DNA of 36,105 nt from Bacteroidota bacterium (GTDB lineage Bacteria > Bacteroidota > Bacteroidia > NS11-12g > UBA955), in assembly GCA_037975865.1 (NCBI GenBank), contig JBANFU010000129.1, positions 1 through 36,105 of the forward strand, written 5' to 3'. The notes under the pieces were generated by a model that worked only from the letters and a program-made list of their open reading frames with translations, did not search any database and was not told where the DNA came from. Positions 17,625 to 26,362 of this stretch are shown here, piece after piece. Position 1 is the stretch's first letter. Each line of letters opens with the position of its first letter. The translations under genes were made by a program, and so were the position numbers.

Positions 17625-18445
17625 TTTTGACGCTACTCCGCAGGATTTTTTTGGCCATGGCGATGGTGATTGTACCGTCGACGCTGGTTGCGCAGAAATA
17701 TTTTTCAGGTCGCAACGAGTGGGGCTTGGCTGTGGGTATGAGTAACTATTACGGCGATTTTAGCAGTGGGCTGAACACGAAGCATTTCAAACCGTCGGGT
17801 GCGTTGTATCAGAAGTACAATTTCAGCAGTTACTTCGGTTTGCGGAATCAGATTTCTTATTTGCAGATTCAAGGCACATCGGATGATGTGGTGGGTCTGA
17901 AATATCAAAATATCAATTTTCAAACCAAGGTGATTGAGGCGGCCAGCCTAGTGGAATTCAATTTTCATCCGTTTGGTACGAATATCAACGATGGTTTAAC
18001 CACACCTTATTTTTTGTTGGGGTTGTCGGGGTTTTGGTTTGATCCGCATCGGCTCGACAAAAGCGATGTGAATTTGCGGGATTTGCGGACGGAGCAGCAG
18101 AACAAGCGCTACAGTCAGATCCAACCGGCGATACCCATTGGGTTTGGGGTGAAGAGTATGGTGAGCAACCGGCAGCATGCGGGCGGAATGATTGTGGGGT
18201 TTGAGGTGCTGTTTAGAAAGACGTATACAGACTACTTGGATGATACCTATAAATCCTACGGTGACTATAAAACCATCAAGGAGCAACAGGGTCAGGGAGC
18301 CGCTGATTGGGCACAGTCTCAGGTGTTAACCAATGGCAGTGTGGTGCCCAAAGGGACGATGCGGGGCGACGCCCACTTAAAAGATTGGTATTATTTTTCA
18401 GGATTCACCTTTTCATATAGGTTTACTCAGCAAGTTTGTCGGTAA
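17609..18445 (+). CDS. DUF6089-like outer-membrane beta-barrel protein (copy 2, tandem paralog)
   Basis: It shares GMSNYYGDFS, FRKTYTDYLDDTY and DWYYFSGFTFSYRF with copy 1. The start is uncertain. TTG at 17609 overlaps the upstream stop by 16 nt and gives a basic n-region; ATG at 17657 is the alternative. Confidence 0.6.
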   Translation: MFPILILTLLRRIFLAMAMVIVPSTLVAQKYFSGRNEWGLAVGMSNYYGDFSSGLNTKHFKPSGALYQKYNFSSYFGLRNQISYLQIQGTSDDVVGLKYQNINFQTKVIEAASLVEFNFHPFGTNINDGLTTPYFLLGLSGFWFDPHRLDKSDVNLRDLRTEQQNKRYSQIQPAIPIGFGVKSMVSNRQHAGGMIVGFEVLFRKTYTDYLDDTYKSYGDYKTIKEQQGQGAADWAQSQVLTNGSVVPKGTMRGDAHLKDWYYFSGFTFSYRFTQQVCR

Positions 18446-18450
18446 ATTTG
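18443..18450 (+). promoter_or_regulatory. candidate internal -7 box TAAATTTG for uppS-bamA
   Basis: Exact TAnnTTTG overlapping the TAA stop of the second DUF6089 gene, 7 nt upstream of the uppS TTG start at 18458. Confidence 0.35.
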
Positions 18451-18457
18451 CAGGGCT

Positions 18458-19207
18458 TTGACGGATAGAATTGCGCAATATCAAATTGATTTACAGCGGG
18501 TACCTCAACATGTGGCTATCATCATGGATGGCAATGGTCGATGGGCCAAGCAAAAAGGCCACATACGGATTTTTGGTCACCGTCATGGCGTTAAAGCGGT
18601 AAAAGCTGCCATTGAGGCGGGAGCGGAGTTGGGTGTCAAGTACTTGACGATGTATGCGTTTTCAACGGAGAACTGGACACGACCTCAACAGGAGGTAACA
18701 GCTTTGATGGAGTTATTGGTGAGTACCATTGAGGATCAATTGCCTACTTTAATGAAAAATGGAATTCGTTTGGAAACCATTGGAAACATTGAGCAACTAC
18801 CTTCAAAATGTCAGGCACAATTAACCAAAACGAAAGCAAAGACTGCGGATAACAACAGACTGACTTTGATTTTGGCACTGAGTTACAGCGGTAGGTGGGA
18901 TATTATTGAGGCGGTGAAGAAGGTGGCTAAATCGGTAGAATCGGGTACTTTGAGGGCCGATGAAATTGATGAGGATATATTGAATAAGGCGTTGAGTACG
19001 GCGCAATATCCCCATCCTGATTTGTTGATACGTAGCAGTGGTGAACAGCGCATCAGTAATTTTTTGATGTGGGAAATTGCCTACAGTGAGTTGTATTTCA
19101 CGCCTGTTCTGTGGCCGGACTTTACCAAGGACGATTTTTATCGCGCAATCGTCGATTATCAAGGTCGGGAGCGTAGATTTGGCAAAACGAGTGAGCAAAT
19201 TGCATAA
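18458..19207 (+). CDS. uppS: isoprenyl transferase / undecaprenyl-diphosphate synthase
   Basis: Motifs HVAIIMDGNGRWA, YLTMYAFSTENW and ERRFGK. The frame only opens at 18446, and the first in-frame ATG lies inside the conserved IIMDGNGRW motif, so the TTG at 18458 is the forced start. Confidence 0.9.
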   Translation: MTDRIAQYQIDLQRVPQHVAIIMDGNGRWAKQKGHIRIFGHRHGVKAVKAAIEAGAELGVKYLTMYAFSTENWTRPQQEVTALMELLVSTIEDQLPTLMKNGIRLETIGNIEQLPSKCQAQLTKTKAKTADNNRLTLILALSYSGRWDIIEAVKKVAKSVESGTLRADEIDEDILNKALSTAQYPHPDLLIRSSGEQRISNFLMWEIAYSELYFTPVLWPDFTKDDFYRAIVDYQGRERRFGKTSEQIA

Positions 19208-19210
19208 GAA

Positions 19211-21787
19211 TTGAAAAGGTTTATCATCATATCATTGGCCGTATGGCTCGCGAAAGGTTTGTTGGCTCAGGTTAGCACGGCGGACAGCTTTTATCGCAAT
19301 GCACCCATGGTCAATTATGACTTTGTGGAACCTGCAGAGTACACCATCAAAAACATGTTGGTGACCGAGGTCAATGGCAAGCCGGTATTGAAATCTCAGG
19401 TGATTTTTTACTCTGGTTTGTCGATTGGACAAAAAATCAAGGTCCCTGGCAGAGAAATTTCCAAGGCCATAGAGAATTTGTGGAAGCAGGAATATTTCAG
19501 CGATATCCAAGTATTTTTTCAGCCTACGGATGATGGTCAAGTGGTGGTTCAATTCCGGGTGCAGGAGCAGCCGCGGTTGAATGGTCACCGTTTTTTGGGG
19601 TTAACGAATTCGCAGCAAAAGACGTTGAAAGAGGAGGTGGGTTTGCACAAGGGCATGTACATCACCCCGAATTTGATCAACATCAGCAAGGAGAAGGTGA
19701 TCAAATACTACCAAAACAAGGGGTATTACAATGCCCAAGTGGAGGTGAAGCGTTTGCAGGCGTATAAGCGTGATGCCAAGGACAGCGCCATTGTGATGGT
19801 GGGATACGAGAACTTTGATTTTATCATCAACAAAGGGGCGAAGGTCAAGGTAGAAGAGTTTGTATTTTACGGGAATGCGGATTTGGCGGACGATGAATTG
19901 CGGGCGAGCATTAAGAAAATCAAGGGCAAGAAGGGTAAGTGGCAATTTTGGACCAAATCGAAATACATTGAATCGGAGTTTGACGAGGAGCGTCAGCACA
20001 TCATCGACAAGTATTTGAGCAAGGGATATCGGGATGCTCGGATTATAAGCGACAGTGTGGTGTTGATTTCTGAGGATCGGATTGCGGTGCATATTCGCTT
20101 GTTTGAGGGACATCAGTATCGCTACCGAAACATCACGTGGAAGGGGAATTTGAAGTTCCGCAACGGAACGTTGGATACGATTTTGGGTATTAAGTCGGGC
20201 GATTTGTTCAACCAGACTCTGTTGCGAGAGCGTTTGTTTGAAAATCCCGGTGGGTTTGATGTGCAAACGTTGTATATGGATGATGGCTATTTGTTTTTTA
20301 ATATGATGCCGGTGGAAGTGGGCGTGATTAATGACAGCATTGACATGGAAATCCGCATCAGTGAGGGCAACAGAGCCACTATTGGAAACGTACGCTGGTC
20401 GGGAAATACGAAGACATCGGACCGGGTAATACAGCGAGAAATTCGAACCAAGCCAGGCGATGTGTTTTCAAAGAGCGACATTCAAAGAACGATGCGTGAT
20501 TTGGGGGCTTTGGGCTTGTTTGACCCCGAGCATTTGGGTGTGAATCCCAAGCCGAATCCCGAAGATGGTACGGTGGACATAGACTACACGGTGGCGGAGA
20601 AGCCATCGGACCAAATTGAGTTGAGTGGTGGCTGGGGCGGAAACGGCTACAGTACAACCCCTACGTTGATAGGTACGGCGGGTATTATGCTGAATAATTT
20701 CAGTCGCAAGAAGTTGTTTCATCCTGATCAGTGGAGCCCTGTACCCACGGGTGATGGTCAGAAATTGAGTTTGCGTGCCCAGAGCAACGGCGCAACATAT
20801 CAGGGCTATACTTTTTCTTTCACGGAGCCTTGGTTTGGGGGTAAGAAGCCCAATTCTTTGAGCTTGAGTATTTTCCACACGGTGAATAGTTTCAACTGGA
20901 GACAGCGCAACGATCCTTCCCGGCAGTACCTGATGAATACGGGTTTCACGGCAATGTATGGCGCGCGTTTGAAGTGGCCGGATGACTTCTTTAACATGCA
21001 ATACGGGTTCTCTTTCAATGAGTATCGCATGAAAAACATGGATGGTGGGTTCTATGGATTCCCCAAGGGCTTCAATGGGTTGAGTTACAATCCTTCGTTC
21101 CAGATGAACATCACGCGGAGTTCGGTGAGCGATCCGACCTATCCTACATCGGGTAGCAGTTTTACATTCCAGGTGCAGGCCACGCCGCCTATTTCTTTGC
21201 TTTCGAAGAAAAACTATTCGGAGTTGAGTTTGAATGAGAAGTACAAGTGGGCAGAATTCCACAAATGGAAATTTGATGCGGAATGGTACACGCCGATATA
21301 CAAGAAGACGGTGTTGATGGCCAAGGCGAGAATGGGATTCTTGGGCTATTACAACAAGGATTTGGGGCTGACTTTCTTCGAGCGATTCCAGGTGGGTGGT
21401 GCCGGTATTTTTGGTTATAATATCGCGGCTACAGAAATTATTTCTCAGCGTGGTTATGATAACTACACCATTTCCGGAACAGCGATGGGTGGACAGACCG
21501 GGGCACCGATATTTAACAAGTTTACAGTGGAATTGCGACAGGCGATTACGACAGGTCAGGCAGCCACGGTATACGTTTTGGGATTTGCAGAGGCGGGCGA
21601 TGCTTGGTCGAGCATGAGCAAGTACAATCCTTTCCAGTTGAAGCGTTCAGCGGGGGTAGGTATACGATTGTTTATGCCGATGTTTGGATTGATCGGATTG
21701 GATTGGGCTTACGGCTTTGATTACAAGCAGGTACCCACGAGTGGCAAGCCAACGCAGGTACACTTCTTCATTGGGCAGCAATTTTAA
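19211..21787 (+). CDS. bamA: outer membrane protein assembly factor BamA
   Basis: 858 aa. It has a signal peptide (requires the TTG at 19211), POTRA-repeat region, an Omp85 barrel, and C-terminal ...VHFFIGQQF. It starts 3 nt after the uppS stop. Confidence 0.9.
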   Translation: MKRFIIISLAVWLAKGLLAQVSTADSFYRNAPMVNYDFVEPAEYTIKNMLVTEVNGKPVLKSQVIFYSGLSIGQKIKVPGREISKAIENLWKQEYFSDIQVFFQPTDDGQVVVQFRVQEQPRLNGHRFLGLTNSQQKTLKEEVGLHKGMYITPNLINISKEKVIKYYQNKGYYNAQVEVKRLQAYKRDAKDSAIVMVGYENFDFIINKGAKVKVEEFVFYGNADLADDELRASIKKIKGKKGKWQFWTKSKYIESEFDEERQHIIDKYLSKGYRDARIISDSVVLISEDRIAVHIRLFEGHQYRYRNITWKGNLKFRNGTLDTILGIKSGDLFNQTLLRERLFENPGGFDVQTLYMDDGYLFFNMMPVEVGVINDSIDMEIRISEGNRATIGNVRWSGNTKTSDRVIQREIRTKPGDVFSKSDIQRTMRDLGALGLFDPEHLGVNPKPNPEDGTVDIDYTVAEKPSDQIELSGGWGGNGYSTTPTLIGTAGIMLNNFSRKKLFHPDQWSPVPTGDGQKLSLRAQSNGATYQGYTFSFTEPWFGGKKPNSLSLSIFHTVNSFNWRQRNDPSRQYLMNTGFTAMYGARLKWPDDFFNMQYGFSFNEYRMKNMDGGFYGFPKGFNGLSYNPSFQMNITRSSVSDPTYPTSGSSFTFQVQATPPISLLSKKNYSELSLNEKYKWAEFHKWKFDAEWYTPIYKKTVLMAKARMGFLGYYNKDLGLTFFERFQVGGAGIFGYNIAATEIISQRGYDNYTISGTAMGGQTGAPIFNKFTVELRQAITTGQAATVYVLGFAEAGDAWSSMSKYNPFQLKRSAGVGIRLFMPMFGLIGLDWAYGFDYKQVPTSGKPTQVHFFIGQQF

Positions 21788-21810
21788 TTGCGCCTCGTTC
21801 AAAAAACAGA

Positions 21811-23346
21811 TTACAAATCGAAGCGAATGCCTTGGGCTAGGGGCAGTGATGTTCCGTAGTTGATGGTATTGGTTTGACGGCGCATGTAGGCTTTCCAGGC
21901 ATCGGAACCGCTTTCACGTCCGCCCCCGGTTTCTTTTTCACCGCCAAACGCACCACCGATTTCGGCACCGGAGGTGCCGATGTTTACGTTGGCGATACCA
22001 CAATCAGAACCCCAAGCGCTCAAAAATTGCTCGGCTTCTTGTAGGTTGTTGGTGAAGATGGCACTCGACAATCCTTGTTTCACATCGTTTTGGATGTGAA
22101 TGGCTTCGTTGAGGTTGCTGTACGACATCAAATACAGAATGGGGGCAAAGGTTTCTTCTTGAACGATGTGGAAGTGGTTTTTGGCCTCGCAGATGGTGGG
22201 TTTTACATAGCACCCGCTGCTGTACTGGTCGCCGGTGAGCACTTCCGCACCACACAATACTTGGCCGCCTTCGGCTTTCAATTTTTCAATGGCTTGGTTG
22301 TAGGCATTCACTGCATCCGCATCGATCAGTGGACCCACGTGATTATTTTCATCCAAGGGATTTCCGATGCGCAGTTGTTGGTACACCGACACCAGTTTTG
22401 ATTTTACTGTTTCGTAAATGCTATCATGTACGATGAGTCTGCGGGTTGTGGTGCATCGCTGTCCCGCCGTTCCCACAGCCCCAAATACGATGGCAACCAT
22501 GGCCATTTCTAGGTTGGCTTCTGGGGTGAGGATGATGGCATTGTTGCCACCGAGTTCGAGGATGGATTTCCCCAATCGTTGTCCAACCACTTCGGCCACA
22601 CGTTTACCCATGCGGGTACTGCCTGTTGCGCTGATGAGGGGCACGCGGTGGTCGTGACTGAGGGCTTCTCCGATTTCTCTATCGCCTTGTACGAGGCAGA
22701 AAATGCCTTCGGGGAGTTGGTTGTTTTTGAGTACGGTTTGCAGGATGTGTTGCACTGCCGCTGCGCTGGCGGGGGTTTTCTCTGAGGGCTTCCAAACACA
22801 GGTGTTTCCGCAAATGGCGGCGAGCATGGCATTCCAGGACCAAACGGCTACAGGAAAGTTGAAGGCACTAATGATGCCAACCACACCCAGGGGATGCCAT
22901 TGCTCATACATGCGGTGGTTGGGGCGTTCAGAGTGCATGGTAAGTCCATGCAATTGTCGGCTCAGTCCAACGGCAAAGTCGCAGATGTCGATCATTTCCT
23001 GCACTTCTCCCAGTCCTTCCTGCAAGCTTTTTCCCATTTCGTAACTCACCAGGGCACCGAGGTTGGCTTTGTGCTGGCGCAGGGCTTCCCCAATTTGCCT
23101 AACGATTTCACCGCGTTTGGGTGCTGGGGTATGTCGCCAAGTCTCAAACGCTTTTTGGGCGGTCTCGATAACTTGGTTGTAGGTATCGGTATTGGCGAAT
23201 TCAACACGGGTGATGTGTGCGCCATCCACGGGGGAGGTGATATTCCGGCCCAGGGAATTGGGGGTTTGAATCCAGGTGGTGCCTGTACTGGCGGATGCGA
23301 GGGTGACGCCAATGCCCAAATCGGAAAGAATGGTTTGAATATTCAT
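21811..23346 (-). CDS. ALDH7 (antiquitin)-type aldehyde dehydrogenase, probable piperideine-6-carboxylate / alpha-aminoadipic semialdehyde dehydrogenase
   Basis: 511 aa. Motifs: EMGKSLQEGLGEVQEMIDICDFAVGLSRQL, catalytic ELGGNNA and GTAGQRCTTTRR. Overall the protein is ALDH7-like. Confidence 0.85.
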   Translation of the reverse strand: MNIQTILSDLGIGVTLASASTGTTWIQTPNSLGRNITSPVDGAHITRVEFANTDTYNQVIETAQKAFETWRHTPAPKRGEIVRQIGEALRQHKANLGALVSYEMGKSLQEGLGEVQEMIDICDFAVGLSRQLHGLTMHSERPNHRMYEQWHPLGVVGIISAFNFPVAVWSWNAMLAAICGNTCVWKPSEKTPASAAAVQHILQTVLKNNQLPEGIFCLVQGDREIGEALSHDHRVPLISATGSTRMGKRVAEVVGQRLGKSILELGGNNAIILTPEANLEMAMVAIVFGAVGTAGQRCTTTRRLIVHDSIYETVKSKLVSVYQQLRIGNPLDENNHVGPLIDADAVNAYNQAIEKLKAEGGQVLCGAEVLTGDQYSSGCYVKPTICEAKNHFHIVQEETFAPILYLMSYSNLNEAIHIQNDVKQGLSSAIFTNNLQEAEQFLSAWGSDCGIANVNIGTSGAEIGGAFGGEKETGGGRESGSDAWKAYMRRQTNTINYGTSLPLAQGIRFDL

Positions 23347-23361
23347 GGGAAGATCGTGAAA

Positions 23362-24318
23362 TTACTCTTTTTTCATCACTAAGTAAACCCCAACGAGCGA
23401 GAGGAGAAGTCCTACGATCATGTTCCAACGGATGGGTTCTTGATCGATGAGGCCCCAGGCCACGGCAACGATGGGAATCACAAAGGTATTGGTGGAGGCC
23501 ACGAGCGCGGTGGTGTGTTCGATGAGGTAATTGAACAGCATCATGGAGATCGCGGAGCCGATAACGCCTAAAATCACCAAGCAGAGCAAGGCAAATTGAT
23601 TGGTGGGGAGAAAATCTACGAATTGACTGCTGATATTGGCGCGTTCATAATGTCCGATGGCATCGGTTTTCCATAGCACAAACGCGTACAAGACACCCAT
23701 GAAAACGAAGGGGTAAGCGGTTTTGGCCATGGGCGGAATGTGGGCCAATTTGGTTTTGATGAGGTTGATGTTGTAGCCATACAGCACAGATGCGGTGAGG
23801 GCCATGAAAGCACCGCTGAGATGGATTTCCATGCCTTTTTGTCCCAACATCGATGGGCCAAGCAAGAATACGGCACCAATGATTCCGGCCATCACGCCGA
23901 GGAAACCATTGCGCGACAGAGGACTTGAGAAGAACAGGGTGCCTACAACCAGTGTAAACATGGGGGTGAACGCGTTGAGAATGCCCGACAATCCGCTGGG
24001 GATGAGGGTTCCGGCGGTGGAAAAGAGAAAGGCGGGAATGGCGTTGCCTACGAATCCGGTAAGAAATAGGTAAAAGTAATCGATGGGTTTCAACAGTTTT
24101 TCCGGGGTGTTGGTGTTGGGGTTGATCACCGTTGATTTTGAACCCAGTGAATAGCGATACACCCAAGGGGTAAGGAAGATGCCGGCAAAAAATAGGCGCA
24201 TCCCGGCAACTTGAATGGGGGTAAAGACGAGCAACCCTCGTTTCATGAGGATGAATGAACTACCCCATATGCAGCCGAGCAGTATAATGAGGAACAGGGG
24301 GAGCCACTTGAATTTCAC
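23362..24318 (-). CDS. DMT superfamily (EamA-like) transporter
   Basis: 318 aa and highly hydrophobic, with about 10 TM segments in two EamA-like halves. GTG start at 24318; the first ATG would remove TM1. Its stop is 15 nt upstream of the ALDH gene. Confidence 0.8.
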   Translation of the reverse strand: MKFKWLPLFLIILLGCIWGSSFILMKRGLLVFTPIQVAGMRLFFAGIFLTPWVYRYSLGSKSTVINPNTNTPEKLLKPIDYFYLFLTGFVGNAIPAFLFSTAGTLIPSGLSGILNAFTPMFTLVVGTLFFSSPLSRNGFLGVMAGIIGAVFLLGPSMLGQKGMEIHLSGAFMALTASVLYGYNINLIKTKLAHIPPMAKTAYPFVFMGVLYAFVLWKTDAIGHYERANISSQFVDFLPTNQFALLCLVILGVIGSAISMMLFNYLIEHTTALVASTNTFVIPIVAVAWGLIDQEPIRWNMIVGLLLSLVGVYLVMKKE

Positions 24319-24323
24319 GGGTA

Positions 24324-24331
24324 CAAAAGTA
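24324..24331 (-). promoter_or_regulatory. candidate -7 box TACTTTTG for the DMT transporter-ALDH unit
   Basis: Exact TAnnTTTG on the minus strand, 5 nt upstream of the GTG start at 24318. Confidence 0.4.
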
Positions 24332-24415
24332 AGGGAGGCTGGGGGTCTGATGGTGTTTTGTTCATGAGTTGTGCATTTTCCCTAAGCAAGTGTTGTTTAG
24401 GCCCCGTGGATGTTG

Positions 24416-24423
24416 GAACTTTG
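24416..24423 (+). promoter_or_regulatory. imperfect -7-like box GAACTTTG for the M1 peptidase-mbnP-mbnH unit
   Basis: One mismatch to TAnnTTTG (first base G), 4 nt upstream of the ATG at 24428. The geometry matches the exact boxes elsewhere in the window. Confidence 0.25.
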
Positions 24424-24427
24424 TGTG

Positions 24428-26359
24428 ATGCGAAATTGGATTGGATTCTTTTTGGGTTGCTTTTTGATGTTGCCTTTGGGTGCACAAGAGGTGTCTGAAG
24501 CGCTGGTGTGTAAAGAGCGACAGCACGTACAATCTCAGTTATCGCGACGTAATAATTCAGGCGTAAAGCATGGTTATTTGATCGACTACAATCGTTGTAA
24601 ATGGTGGGTAAATCCAATCAAGGGCGCCTACTTTAAGGGGGATGTGATGGCCCATTTTACTGTCGTTGCGAAGACGGATTCTGTGGGATTTGATTTGTCG
24701 TCGAACCTCCAAGTAGACCGTGTTTATGGGGCAGGCGGACAGCCTTTGAATTTCCGCAGGAGCGGCAATCAGCTATATGTGTATAAAGTGGGCGGATGGA
24801 ATGCCCAGGAGCGGGATTCGGTGGGCATTGTTTATCAAGGCAATCCAACCAACGGGGGTGGTTTTGGGTATTTTGTACACGACAATCACATGAAAGGACC
24901 GGTGGTTCACACGTTGAGTGAGCCGTATGGTGCGCAATATTGGTGGCCGTGCAAGCAGACATTGCACGATAAAATCGACAGTTTGGATGTGTGGGTTTAC
25001 ACGGATACATCGATGCGGGTGGCTTCCAACGGCTTACTCACGCGCAATGAGGTGCTAGGAGATTCACAGCGTTTGATGGTTTGGCAGCACCGGTACCCGA
25101 TTGCCACGTATTTGGTAGCGATCGCCGTAACGAATTACAGCATGTACACGCAATATGCGCCGTTGGTAGGAAGGTCAAAGCCCTTGCCCGTGGTTAACTA
25201 TGTATTTCCGCAGTTTCGCACGGATGCGGAGCGCGAGACGCGCGATGTGCTTCCCATGATTCGTTTGTTTGACAGTTTGTTTGTGCCCTATCCGTTTGAA
25301 AAGGAGAAGTACGGACATGCCCAGTTCACTTGGGGTGGCGGGATGGAGCACCAGACGATGAGTTTCATGGTGAATTTTTCTTATGATTTGATGGCGCATG
25401 AGTTGGCACACCAATGGTTTGGTGATATGGTGACCTGCGGCACATGGCAAGATTTGTGGTTGAACGAGGGGTTTGCGACGTATTTGACGGTGATGACTAC
25501 CGAGTATTTGAAGTCGTTGGAGGAGGCCAACGGCAAATTGCGCGGCATGCGCAGCAACATTTGTGGCAATGACGGGGGATCTGTTTTTCCAACGGATACG
25601 TTGAATGTGGGCAATCTTTTCAATGGTAGATTGACGTACAACAAAGGGGCTTGGGTGTTGCATATGTTGCGCGACAAATTGGGTGATTCGTTATTTTTTG
25701 CGGGTTGCAGACAATACCTCAATGGGAAAAACACCCAACATGGTTTTGCGAAGACGGCCGATTTGGAATGGTATATGGAGCAGGCGAGTGGGCGGAATTT
25801 GGATACCTTTTTCCAACAGTGGTATTATGGGGAGGGTTTCCCGTATCTCAAGATCAATTGGAAGCAGAAGGGTGGCAGTGTTACACTGACGTGTGAGCAA
25901 ACGCCATCGCACAATAGCGTTCCCTATTGGCATGTGAGGGTGCCCTTATTGTTAAAGGGTGAGGGCAAGGAAAAGTTGGTGTTGTGGGAGCCAAAGCAAC
26001 GCTTAGCGGAGATGAAGTTGGCGGTGGATTTTGAAGTGGATACGCTGATTTTTGATCCTTACGTAAAGCTGTTGGCCAAGGCGAGTGTTGGGGGAATGAA
26101 TTTAAATCAAGTGCAAGAGAACGCGTTTGACCTGTATCCAAACCCTACGTCGGGGGTATTTGTTTTGTATGCGCGAAACCCATCGGCGGTGCAGATGGAG
26201 GTGTTTGATGCGGTAGGGCAAAAAGTAAAAGAGGTAGATACCAAAGGAAATGTAACCAAGCAATTGACAGTGAGCCTGGGTGAACTGTCAGTGGGTCCCT
26301 ATTTCCTTAGGATTAACGATGGAAATTTCATATATTCGTATAAGTTGATAAAAAACTAA
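24428..26359 (+). CDS. M1 family zinc metallopeptidase (aminopeptidase N-like) with T9SS C-terminal sorting domain
   Basis: GxMEN-like GGMEHQ, zinc motif HELAHQWFGD plus WLNEGFATY, and signal peptide MRNWIGFFLGCFLMLPLGAQ. The C-terminal roughly 80 aa (FDLYPNPTSGVFVLY...YFLRINDG...YKLIKN) is a type A T9SS CTD. The alternative ATG at 24410 adds 6 codons. Confidence 0.85.
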   Translation: MRNWIGFFLGCFLMLPLGAQEVSEALVCKERQHVQSQLSRRNNSGVKHGYLIDYNRCKWWVNPIKGAYFKGDVMAHFTVVAKTDSVGFDLSSNLQVDRVYGAGGQPLNFRRSGNQLYVYKVGGWNAQERDSVGIVYQGNPTNGGGFGYFVHDNHMKGPVVHTLSEPYGAQYWWPCKQTLHDKIDSLDVWVYTDTSMRVASNGLLTRNEVLGDSQRLMVWQHRYPIATYLVAIAVTNYSMYTQYAPLVGRSKPLPVVNYVFPQFRTDAERETRDVLPMIRLFDSLFVPYPFEKEKYGHAQFTWGGGMEHQTMSFMVNFSYDLMAHELAHQWFGDMVTCGTWQDLWLNEGFATYLTVMTTEYLKSLEEANGKLRGMRSNICGNDGGSVFPTDTLNVGNLFNGRLTYNKGAWVLHMLRDKLGDSLFFAGCRQYLNGKNTQHGFAKTADLEWYMEQASGRNLDTFFQQWYYGEGFPYLKINWKQKGGSVTLTCEQTPSHNSVPYWHVRVPLLLKGEGKEKLVLWEPKQRLAEMKLAVDFEVDTLIFDPYVKLLAKASVGGMNLNQVQENAFDLYPNPTSGVFVLYARNPSAVQMEVFDAVGQKVKEVDTKGNVTKQLTVSLGELSVGPYFLRINDGNFIYSYKLIKN

Positions 26360-26362
26360 ATC

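Noticed and set aside
19601-21262. 221-aa and 264-aa ORFs antisense to bamA
   Set aside because: Same codon-bias artefact. The products are R/L/H/Q-rich with no motifs, and bamA on the plus strand is unambiguous.
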